Assembly (NCBI GenBank): GCA_002774555.1
Contig: PEYC01000017.1
Span: 1-30,231, forward strand
DNA length: 30,231 bases
Direction: 5' to 3'
Source of the DNA: Candidatus Nealsonbacteria bacterium CG08_land_8_20_14_0_20_36_22
GTDB lineage: Bacteria > Patescibacteriota > Minisyncoccia > Minisyncoccales > GWA2-38-27
Shown piece after piece: positions 16,859-25,025 of the stretch. Position numbers and translations under genes: made by a program. Under the pieces are notes generated by a model. It was not told the origin of the DNA and made no database searches. It saw nothing but the letters and a program-made list of their open reading frames with translations. Position 1 is the first letter of the stretch. Each line of letters opens with the position of its first letter.

Positions 16859-16918
16859 ACCCCGTTAGAGATTAAAGAGCAAGAATTAAGAACAGAAAAA
16901 ACAAATCTCTAACGGGGT
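16859..16918. repeat. Inverted repeat, family B, intergenic upstream of glyS
   Basis: ACCCCGTTAGAGATT / AATCTCTAACGGGGT, 15 bp perfect, 30-nt loop. Confidence 0.8.
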
Positions 16919-16978
16919 TACCTAATTTCCCAAAAATAAAAAAGCCCTGCGATTTAAAGCAAGGCGGAAAAACAAATA

Positions 16979-18547
16979 TTATTTAACAGGTGCGGTTGTT
17001 TCCACTGGAATGGCTTTGTTTTCAATGAATGTTCCTGTCCATTGGTCCTCGCCTGTAATTATTATTTCTCCAATTATATCAACAACTTCCCCTGTTAAAA
17101 CAACCTGGAAAGAAATATTTGGCGCTTCGTTTAAAATCCCTGTCCCCGCCTCCATATCTCCAACCATCCAAATAATCTCTCTACTTTGACTGTCAAAGGC
17201 AAATTTTGATTTTTCTTGTTCCGGAGAAATCTTGCCGGTTAATTGAACATTTTGAGGCAAAACCGTCTTTACTTTTACATTCTTAACATCGTTAAAATAG
17301 TTTTTTGCTCGCCAAGTTATAATATAAGTAGTTGGGTCTATTGCCTGAGAAATTTCTAATTTTGAATTTACTTTTGTTTCAAATTCCTCTTTTGCCTGAG
17401 AAATTAAAACCGTATTTTTTAAAATAGCGTTTTTTTCTTGGGGGCCAGCTATCTGCCAGTCATCTCTTAAATTGAGCCAAAACTCAACCTTACCTTCTTC
17501 TCCCTGCCCCAAAAATCCCAACTTTGGCACCTCCCGCCAATCCCAAACTATAGAATTATCACCATTTTTAAACTGGCCTTTCTCGCTTTTTATGGTCTCA
17601 AAATCAAATGCCTTGCCATCTAACTTTACCACTAAAAACAAATTGTTGAATTCTTCTTCTCCGATATTCCTGAAATAAATCTCATAATGAAGCAAATCGC
17701 CGGGAAAAGCTATATATTGATTCTGGCTGTTTATTGTCTGAAAAATAGAAAGCCGGGGCTTGGCAATCTCCGCCCCTTTGGTTATCTGTTTTAATAAAAC
17801 AAAATTATCTTCCAGCCAAATTCCCAGCTCGCCCCGGAAAATTTTATTTTCTCCAGTTTCGCCAGATAACTTTCCTTTAATTTCAACCCTACCGCCTTCT
17901 GCTTTATTTAAAATAGGAATCTCCCATTCTGTCTTTCCCAAAGCCGAAGGTTTGCTTTTTATAAACTCAAAACCAGAAGGATATTCAATTTTTATTCCTA
18001 AATCAAAAAGAGGCTCATCCAAGCTGGAATAATAATTCAAAGAAAAATCAAACTCCCGGCCTGCTTTTATTTTAGAGGGCAAGTCAAAATCAAAAGTCAG
18101 AGGAATAGATTGGATTTTGGTGGTAAAAGTTGTAGAGGATTCGTAGCGGGCTTGAAGGTTTTTGGGCTGATAATTCAACCAGGCCTTAACTGTTTTTAGC
18201 TCACCTTCTTTGCCGAAAAGCCGACCCTTGAATTTAAAGGTTTTCTCTTCGCCAGGATAAATATCTCCTAATTCCTCTGGTCCTATCTCTTGCCTCTTGG
18301 AAAAACCTTCTTTCAATAAGGTATACTCTGGAAATTCAAAAATAAGACGAGGTTCTTCTAGTCGGACATTGCCATTATTTTTATATTTCACCGTATATTC
18401 AATTTCGTCAGAAATTACTGCTTCTTCCGGACCTAAAATCTCCAATTTCAAAATCTCCTTTGAATAAGGATTCCTCTGCCAATACCAAAAACCAGCTACA
18501 CTTAAAGCAATTCCTAAAATAATAATGATGATAAGAAATTTTTTCAT
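16979..18547 (-). CDS. Membrane-anchored exported protein with repeated Ig-like/DUF11-like beta domains
   Basis: N-terminal TM helix; repeated 'Y.I..KN.G' beta-sandwich pattern (YTVKYKNNGN, YEIYFRNIGE). Function unknown. Confidence 0.7.
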   Translation of the reverse strand: MKKFLIIIIILGIALSVAGFWYWQRNPYSKEILKLEILGPEEAVISDEIEYTVKYKNNGNVRLEEPRLIFEFPEYTLLKEGFSKRQEIGPEELGDIYPGEEKTFKFKGRLFGKEGELKTVKAWLNYQPKNLQARYESSTTFTTKIQSIPLTFDFDLPSKIKAGREFDFSLNYYSSLDEPLFDLGIKIEYPSGFEFIKSKPSALGKTEWEIPILNKAEGGRVEIKGKLSGETGENKIFRGELGIWLEDNFVLLKQITKGAEIAKPRLSIFQTINSQNQYIAFPGDLLHYEIYFRNIGEEEFNNLFLVVKLDGKAFDFETIKSEKGQFKNGDNSIVWDWREVPKLGFLGQGEEGKVEFWLNLRDDWQIAGPQEKNAILKNTVLISQAKEEFETKVNSKLEISQAIDPTTYIITWRAKNYFNDVKNVKVKTVLPQNVQLTGKISPEQEKSKFAFDSQSREIIWMVGDMEAGTGILNEAPNISFQVVLTGEVVDIIGEIIITGEDQWTGTFIENKAIPVETTAPVK

Positions 18548-19254
18548 TTACTTATTATACCATTTATATAGGACTGGGAAACTTCTTCCAGTTCTTTCCC
18601 CTGTTCTTGTTCAATTTTCAATCTTGATAAAATCCTCCAATTTTTGTCAGGGAAAAGGCGAAAAATCTTAATTGTTTCCGGCGAAATCAAAATTTTGTCT
18701 TTTGTGCTGTCATCCGAACATCTCAAACAAATTATTCCATTACTTTCCGAAGAAAAATTCATCAGGCCCGGAATTAGTTTCTCCTGGCATTTAACACAAT
18801 GATATAAATCAATCTGATATCCTAAAATCGAAAGCAGATTCCAAACGAAATAATAGTAAATAATTTCCAATTTCCAATTATTTAATTTTTCAAAAACCTC
18901 ACTCAATAAATTCCAAACCTTTTCATCTTGTTCTTGGCCGGTGATTAAATTGTCAGCCGCTTCGGCTATTTGACTGGCAATTTCTATTTTTTTTAAAGAA
19001 TTTCTTATATTTTTAAATTTTTCAATTACTATTGCCTCGGTTAAGGTTTTATGGTTTTTTCCTTGGATAAACTCAATTTCCGACAAATAAAAAAGGTCTA
19101 TCCCGGCTCTTAATTTTGATTTAATCTTACGTATTGCTTTTCCTAAAATTTTTAATTTTCCAAAGTCCTTTGTATAAACAACAAAAACCTGGTCTGCCTC
19201 CCGCAAATCTTCTTTTTTCAAAATAAAACCTTGGGTTCTATAATGAACAGCCAT
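18544..19254 (-). CDS. recO: DNA repair protein RecO
   Basis: EADQVFVVYTKDFGKL, AIRKIKSKL, zinc-finger CVKC...ICLRC. Confidence 0.9.
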   Translation of the reverse strand: MAVHYRTQGFILKKEDLREADQVFVVYTKDFGKLKILGKAIRKIKSKLRAGIDLFYLSEIEFIQGKNHKTLTEAIVIEKFKNIRNSLKKIEIASQIAEAADNLITGQEQDEKVWNLLSEVFEKLNNWKLEIIYYYFVWNLLSILGYQIDLYHCVKCQEKLIPGLMNFSSESNGIICLRCSDDSTKDKILISPETIKIFRLFPDKNWRILSRLKIEQEQGKELEEVSQSYINGIISK

Positions 19255-19278
19255 AAACCAATAATTAGGAATCAGGAA

Positions 19279-19581
19279 TTATGGTTTTACTCCGCCCCTG
19301 TCTTTCAGGTATCTGATTTCTTTATCCAACGCCATTCTTGTTTTAAAATCACTTGCCCTTTTTCTGGTTGACTGCAATCCTTGAATTGCTTTTTTGTAGT
19401 CGTCTTTGGAAATCTGGCTACCGTATTTCGATGTTGACCCGAAAACTTCTCGCCCTATTTTTTGCCGTTCGCTTTGAGAATATTTTTGACCGCCAGTTTT
19501 GGGAATTATTCCGCTGTCTTTCTTTATGGTTTCTCTTAATTTGTTGACAGGAATAGGTTTATTTTTATCAAAAATGCCCAT
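19279..19581 (-). CDS. Hypothetical basic protein (~100 aa)
   Basis: ORF filling the gap between ileS and recO; ATG 19581; no recognisable motif. Confidence 0.65.
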   Translation of the reverse strand: MGIFDKNKPIPVNKLRETIKKDSGIIPKTGGQKYSQSERQKIGREVFGSTSKYGSQISKDDYKKAIQGLQSTRKRASDFKTRMALDKEIRYLKDRGGVKP

Positions 19582-19586
19582 TGAAT

Positions 19587-22382
19587 TCAAAGTTTATTAA
19601 TACCAATTTTTAATTTTTCTCCATCGACCTTTAGCTCTTTTTCTAACCCAAACTTTGTTTTTGCCTTTCCTATTTTAAAATCTTCTGCTAATGTTTCTTT
19701 CTTGATAAAATCTTTCTTTTGGGTTAAAATTTTGTTTAACCTCTTTATGCCGTATCCCTGAACTAAAATTTTATCTTTTGGTTTTAGGCCGGCTTTTTTT
19801 CTCATCTCTTGAATGTGCCGGATAACCTCCCTAACCACCCCTTCTTCTTTAAGTCCTTTGGTAATTTTAGTGTTTAATTTAAGTTCTTTTCCAAAAACAA
19901 TTTTTTTAACATTAGCTTCTTCTTTTATCGGCTCTAATAAATCTTTTTCTAATTTATTTTTTATTTGGAGCGAGGCGAGCGGCTGGCGAACTTTTATGCC
20001 GGCTTTTGCCCTTTGAGCCAAAACCTCAGTGGTAATTCCTCTGATTTTTATCATTTTTTCTTCTAATTCTTTATTAATCAACTTCTTGTTTGGTTCAGGA
20101 TATTCTTCTAAATGAACAGATTCTTTTTCTCCGCCTAAACATTGATATAATTCTTCGGCAATAAAGGGAGTGAAGGGAGCTATAAGTTTTGATAAATTCA
20201 AAAGAACATAATAAAGAGTTGCGATTGCTTCTTCTCTATCTTTAGCCCCGGCGTGGAATCTTCTCCTGGACCTTCTAACATACCAAAGTGATAAATCATT
20301 AATAAAAAACTTTTCTATTGCCAAAGTAGCAACAGAAACATTGTATCGTTCTAAATTCCTCGTCACTTTTTCAATTAAATTATTGAGCCGCGAAACAATC
20401 CAGATGTCTAAAATATCTTTAGGTTTTGGCTTTAATACTTGCGAGGGATAATCTTTTTTATCCACATAAGTAATAAAAAAAGCGAAACTATTCCACAAAG
20501 TAAGCAATTTCCGCTTTATTTCATCAGCCGCCTTATATCCGAAATTCAAATTATACTCGGGGTTTTGCCTGGCATACATCCAACGCATCGGGTCTGCCCC
20601 AATTTTCTCAACCGCATCATCAAACCAAATAGCATTTCCTTTTGATTTATGCATTTCCTCGCCTTTTTCGTCGCGAACAGAGGCATAACCAAAAATTGTT
20701 TTTACGGGAGCCACATTCTCCAAAACCATGCTCATCACAATAATACTATAAAACCAGTTTTTAAACTGGCCGGGGAACGACTCACAAACCAAATCAGCCG
20801 GAAACCATTCCTTTGTCATTGTGGAAAAAGGAACAATGCCGGCATCCAACCAAGGATTCCCGACATCAGGAATCCGAGAGACCAACTTTCCGCATTTTGA
20901 GCATTTAATTTTAATTTCATCAATCCAGGGCCTGTGAGGAGAATTGTCATTAAACTTATCCCAACCCTTAACCGTTTTCTCTTTCAACTCTTCTTTTGAG
21001 CCGATTACTTCAAAATTACCGCAGGAGCATTCGTAAATCGGCAGAGCCAATCCCCAATAACGTTTTTTGGAAATCAGCCAGTCCTGCATATTCTTCAACC
21101 AGTCCAACTCCCTTTCCAAGCCAAAAGAAGGAATCCACTCTATTTTTTTTGCCACTACTATTAATGGTTTTCTCAATTTTTCCATTGAAATGTACCATTC
21201 ATCAACCAAACGAAAAATCAATTCTGTTTTACAGCGCCAGCAGGTTGGATAACGATGTTTGTAATCCTCAATTTTAAAAACCAAATTTTTCTTCGCCAAA
21301 TTATCAAAAATCAAATCATTTACCTGGCTAACCAACTTTCCAGTCAAAAAACCAAAACCTTTTTTATACCTACTTTCCTCGTTTGTTGGGTCAATAACAG
21401 AGAGATTAAATTCTTTACTAAGTTTAAAGTCTTCTTGTCCACAACCAGAGGCAATATGAACAATACCTGTCCCCTCTTCAGAAGTTACGTCTTTCCATAA
21501 AATAACTCTATGTTCTGTTTTTTGAAGTTCATCAAACATCCCTTGATAAACCAAGCCCTTTAATTCTTTACCAGGAAACTCTTTTAATATTTTTCCTTCC
21601 GCAATTAAATTAGCTTTTTCTTTCAAAATAATAAAAATATCTCTATTTTTATCCTGAACCTCAGCATAAATTAATTCTGGATGAACAGCTAAAGCCACAT
21701 TGGCTGGCAAAGTCCAGGGCGTGGTCGTCCAGACAAGAAAAAAAGTATTCTTTTTATTAATTACTGGTAATTTTACAAAAATTGCTTTGTGAGTTATTTC
21801 TTTATATTCCTCTGTTAAAATTTCATGCTGAGATATCGCTGTGCCGCAGCGCGGACACCAAGGCACAACGTCTCTTCCTTTATAAAGCAGTCCTCTTTGC
21901 CGGCATTTTTTAAGAAAGCCCCAAATAGCATAATTATTCTCATCAGACATTGTGTAGTAAGAATTATCCCAATCCATCCATTGGCCAAGCCGAATTGATT
22001 GTTCTGTCTGGATTTTTGAATATTTTTTCACCCTTTCTTTACATTTTTCAACAAACTTGTCAATTCCGTATTTCTCAATATCTTTTTTATTTTTAAAACC
22101 TAATTCCTTTTCAACTTCAACTTCAACATGAAGCCCTTGGCAATCAAAGCCATTTTGAAATCTTAGCTCACGCCCCTGCATTGCTTTATACCTCTGGAAG
22201 ATATCTTTATAAGTTCTCCCCCAAGCGTGGTGAACGCCCATAGGATTATTAGCAGTTATTGGCCCATCTAAAAACGACCAATGTTCCTTACCCTGGTTTT
22301 TTTTTCTCAACTTCTCAAAAATTTTCTTCTCTTGCCAAAACCTTAGTATTTTCTCTTCTATTTTTGGAAAATCTAAACTCAT
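19587..22382 (-). CDS. ileS: Isoleucyl-tRNA synthetase, type 2
   Basis: DGPITAN, GFDCQGLHVE, WTTTPWTLPAN, DWLISKKRYWG, WYVRRSRRRF, no C-terminal zinc finger, KVRQPL (type 2 C-terminus). Confidence 0.95.
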   Translation of the reverse strand: MSLDFPKIEEKILRFWQEKKIFEKLRKKNQGKEHWSFLDGPITANNPMGVHHAWGRTYKDIFQRYKAMQGRELRFQNGFDCQGLHVEVEVEKELGFKNKKDIEKYGIDKFVEKCKERVKKYSKIQTEQSIRLGQWMDWDNSYYTMSDENNYAIWGFLKKCRQRGLLYKGRDVVPWCPRCGTAISQHEILTEEYKEITHKAIFVKLPVINKKNTFFLVWTTTPWTLPANVALAVHPELIYAEVQDKNRDIFIILKEKANLIAEGKILKEFPGKELKGLVYQGMFDELQKTEHRVILWKDVTSEEGTGIVHIASGCGQEDFKLSKEFNLSVIDPTNEESRYKKGFGFLTGKLVSQVNDLIFDNLAKKNLVFKIEDYKHRYPTCWRCKTELIFRLVDEWYISMEKLRKPLIVVAKKIEWIPSFGLERELDWLKNMQDWLISKKRYWGLALPIYECSCGNFEVIGSKEELKEKTVKGWDKFNDNSPHRPWIDEIKIKCSKCGKLVSRIPDVGNPWLDAGIVPFSTMTKEWFPADLVCESFPGQFKNWFYSIIVMSMVLENVAPVKTIFGYASVRDEKGEEMHKSKGNAIWFDDAVEKIGADPMRWMYARQNPEYNLNFGYKAADEIKRKLLTLWNSFAFFITYVDKKDYPSQVLKPKPKDILDIWIVSRLNNLIEKVTRNLERYNVSVATLAIEKFFINDLSLWYVRRSRRRFHAGAKDREEAIATLYYVLLNLSKLIAPFTPFIAEELYQCLGGEKESVHLEEYPEPNKKLINKELEEKMIKIRGITTEVLAQRAKAGIKVRQPLASLQIKNKLEKDLLEPIKEEANVKKIVFGKELKLNTKITKGLKEEGVVREVIRHIQEMRKKAGLKPKDKILVQGYGIKRLNKILTQKKDFIKKETLAEDFKIGKAKTKFGLEKELKVDGEKLKIGINKL

Positions 22383-22393
22383 ATTTTTCTGAT

Positions 22394-22993
22394 TTATTTA
22401 ACCTCTAAAAATTCGCTTAGACCGGGATAAAATCCTTTAACAGAGGAAAAAGTATCATCAAACTGGTTTTTTTCTAAAAGCTCTTTTTCGTTTAATCCTT
22501 TTAAGAATCCATTCAAAAGCCAAATCGGGTCACCGTGGCTGATAATTATAATTGTTTTATTTTTATATTTTTTTTCAATATCTTTTATAAAATCTATTGT
22601 CCTTTTTTTGACATCTCGCCAACTTTCGCCTTTAGGAGGCCGCTTAAAGAATTTTTGTTTTTTATTAGTGAAAAACTTTCTGTATTCATCTATTTTTCCT
22701 CCATAAAAAATCCCAAAATTTATATCCCGAAGCCGTTTATCAAAAATAATTTTTAACCCAAGTATTTTAGCAACAATTTCCGCTGTTTGGCAAGTTCTCA
22801 AAAAATCTGAAGAATAGATTAAATCAACATTTTTAGCTTTAAACTTTTCTACTACAGATTTTACTTGCTCTTTTCCTTTTTTCGTTAAACCAACCAAATT
22901 TACTGATGTCCAAGGATATAAAAGTCCTTTCTTCTTTGTCTGATAAATTGTTTCTCCGTGTCTTAAGAGAATATATTTATTTTTCAATTTCAT
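22394..22993 (-). CDS. Histidine phosphatase (phosphoglycerate mutase-like) family protein
   Basis: RHGET, SSDFLRTCQTA, SHGDPI. Confidence 0.88.
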   Translation of the reverse strand: MKLKNKYILLRHGETIYQTKKKGLLYPWTSVNLVGLTKKGKEQVKSVVEKFKAKNVDLIYSSDFLRTCQTAEIVAKILGLKIIFDKRLRDINFGIFYGGKIDEYRKFFTNKKQKFFKRPPKGESWRDVKKRTIDFIKDIEKKYKNKTIIIISHGDPIWLLNGFLKGLNEKELLEKNQFDDTFSSVKGFYPGLSEFLEVK

Positions 22994-23034
22994 TTTTATA
23001 GCTTATTTTAACTAAAAAAATTGATTTTTTCAAC

Positions 23035-24030
23035 TTATTCACTTATAAATTGTAAGGAAATCTTTCTTTTCAATTTTTGAGTATTCCCATGTCTTAGTAG
23101 CCCAAAATATGAATTGAGTGTCTCTTTTGTTTTGTTTGTTTTTATTCTTTTAAATATTCTTCTCTTTGTAGCGTTGCGGAGTACTCGATGGTCTGGGAAA
23201 TTAACCCAACCTAAAAAATCAACCCCAGAAAATAAGGTTTTTATAAATATTTTATCGGGATGTATTAACAGTTTAAGATTATTGTTTAAAAAAGATTTTA
23301 TTTCAGGCACCAAACTTTCTATCCATTTTTTATTATGATTTAAAATAACAAAATCATCTGAATATCTGATATAATATTTTTCTTTAAGTTTATGTTTTAC
23401 AAATTGGTCAAATTCATTCATATAAATATTTACCAAAAGCTGTGATGTTAAATTACCAAGGGGCAGACCAACCCCGGGTTTTATAGAATAAAAACTATCA
23501 ATAATCTCTCCTAAAAGCCATAGAATATTTTTATCCGGAATATATTTACTTAAAATATTTTTTAATATTTTATGATTTATGCTCGCAAAAAATTTCCTAA
23601 TATCGCATTTCAGAACCCAACAGGTTTTTGTATTATTTTTGCTGACTACATAATAGAAATCTATAAACCTTTTTATTGCTTTATACATTCCCTTTTCTAA
23701 CCGACACGAATAAGAGTCGGAAATAAATATTCTCTCAAAAAACGGATACAATATGCGATATACCGCATGATGGACTAACCTGTCGCGAATGCTCGCCTTA
23801 TGGATATTTCTCGGTTTTGGGTCACAGATATTAAATGCTTGATAGCCACCGTGTTTATAGGTATGATTAACTAAATCTTGTTGCAAAGACAGAATATTAT
23901 CCATTAAATTGAAAGAAAACTTCTGCACATCTTTCTTGTTTCTTTTTCCTTTAATAAATTCCTGCCAAGCCAAAAGCAAATTATTAACGCTTACTATATC
24001 CTCAAATTTATGGGTCAATTGAATCTTCAT
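23035..24030 (-). CDS. DGR reverse transcriptase
   Basis: KPRNIHKASIRDRLVHHA, KCDIRKFF, GLPLGNLTSQ, YIRYSDDFV, VDFLGW; no maturase/endonuclease tail. ATG 24030 with AAAGGA upstream; an in-frame TTG at 24093 is an alternative start. Confidence 0.93.
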   Translation of the reverse strand: MKIQLTHKFEDIVSVNNLLLAWQEFIKGKRNKKDVQKFSFNLMDNILSLQQDLVNHTYKHGGYQAFNICDPKPRNIHKASIRDRLVHHAVYRILYPFFERIFISDSYSCRLEKGMYKAIKRFIDFYYVVSKNNTKTCWVLKCDIRKFFASINHKILKNILSKYIPDKNILWLLGEIIDSFYSIKPGVGLPLGNLTSQLLVNIYMNEFDQFVKHKLKEKYYIRYSDDFVILNHNKKWIESLVPEIKSFLNNNLKLLIHPDKIFIKTLFSGVDFLGWVNFPDHRVLRNATKRRIFKRIKTNKTKETLNSYFGLLRHGNTQKLKRKISLQFISE

Positions 24031-24046
24031 AATTGTTCCTTTAATA

Positions 24047-24055
24047 CCCCCCCCC
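24047..24055. repeat. C9/G9 homopolymer between the divergent avd and RT starts
   Basis: TTAATA-CCCCCCCCC-AACC read directly from the sequence. Confidence 0.9.
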
Positions 24056-24073
24056 AACCAGTCAAATTTAAGT

Positions 24074-24397
24074 TTGGTGCAAAAATTAGTCAACGCCTAC
24101 AAGCTTTGGCATAAGTTTTTGCCTCATTTCCCAAAAACATCTCGTTATACTTTAGGGTCAAAAATTGACTCGCTTTTTATAGAAACCACTGAATCTGTAA
24201 TCAAAGCGTTTCATTCAGGCAAGGGAGAAAAATTGATTTATTTGATTCAGGCATCTGTAAAGCTTGATTTATTAAAATTCTTTTTGCAAATTGCTTGGGA
24301 AATAAAAGCGCTGGATAATAAAAAATACATTCGCCTTTCTGAAAAACTGGACGAAATCGGCAGGATGCTCGACGGCTGGTTAAAATCTCTAAAATGA
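24074..24397 (+). CDS. avd: Avd-like accessory variability determinant (four-helix bundle)
   Basis: Basic ~107-aa helical protein: FPKTSRYTLGSKID, ASVKLDLLKFFLQIAWEIK, EIGRMLDGW; adjacent to DGR RT and TR. Start codon uncertain (TTG 24074/GTG 24077). Confidence 0.85.
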   Translation: MVQKLVNAYKLWHKFLPHFPKTSRYTLGSKIDSLFIETTESVIKAFHSGKGEKLIYLIQASVKLDLLKFFLQIAWEIKALDNKKYIRLSEKLDEIGRMLDGWLKSLK

Positions 24398-24508
24398 ATT
24401 TTATCATACATAATTACTTCGCTCGGTCGGAAAAGAAAAGTAAATTTTTCTTTTCCTTTCTCGCTTGTAATTATAAACCCGCCTGATTAAGGCGGGAAAC
24501 AAAGAGAT

Positions 24509-24644
24509 TTGCGCACGGCAGCGAAACGCCAGTTCTCATTCCAATCATTCTCGAACCAATTGAGGTTCAGGTTGCGCTCATCGCTATTCCAGTTCAGATA
24601 CGGCACGTGGCGGTTGCTATCCGGATTCTGCCAGACAGAACCAA
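24509..24644 (-). repeat. DGR template repeat (TR), 136 nt
   Basis: Ungapped match to 25030-25165; 33 adenines on the minus strand; 10 AAY codons in the target frame. Confidence 0.96.
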
Positions 24645-24928
24645 TTGTACAAAATATCATCTATGCCACCACCCCTTGATTGCTCTCGGGGTTGAATCTT
24701 ATTCGGAATCCTCGCCCCGTAGTAAGCTTTGCTTTACTATTGGGGTTAATTCCTTAATATCTTGCACCAAGTATCTTTGTTTTTTGGAAATTAGAAACGA
24801 CCCTAATATGAAGCGTACCCCATATTATTCTGCGTTGTTCTAATCCCGGATCTCAATCGCTCACAGCCGTAACCGTGAGCATATCAATCTACTATCCAAA
24901 ATTATATTATCATATTCTGATCAAAAAT

Positions 24929-24964
24929 AAAATCCTTTGCGAAAGGTTTTTCGCAAAGGATTTT
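24929..24964. other. Perfect 16-bp hairpin downstream of VR (homing hairpin and/or terminator)
   Basis: AAAATCCTTTGCGAAA-GGTT-TTTCGCAAAGGATTTT. Confidence 0.75.
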
Positions 24965-25025
24965 TGTTGTTCGGACCAAGAATCCAAAAATCCAAGAAGG
25001 ATTAAGAACCCAAAAGTCCAAAAAC

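Noticed and set aside
23035-24093. RT as a group II intron, retron or CRISPR-associated RT
   Set aside because: No maturase/endonuclease tail, intron ends or cas genes; the adenine-specific TR/VR pair and Avd explain it.
24965-25025. Short periodic tract as a CRISPR array
   Set aside because: Units are about 8 nt with no spacers; no CRISPR array or cas gene was seen anywhere in the window.
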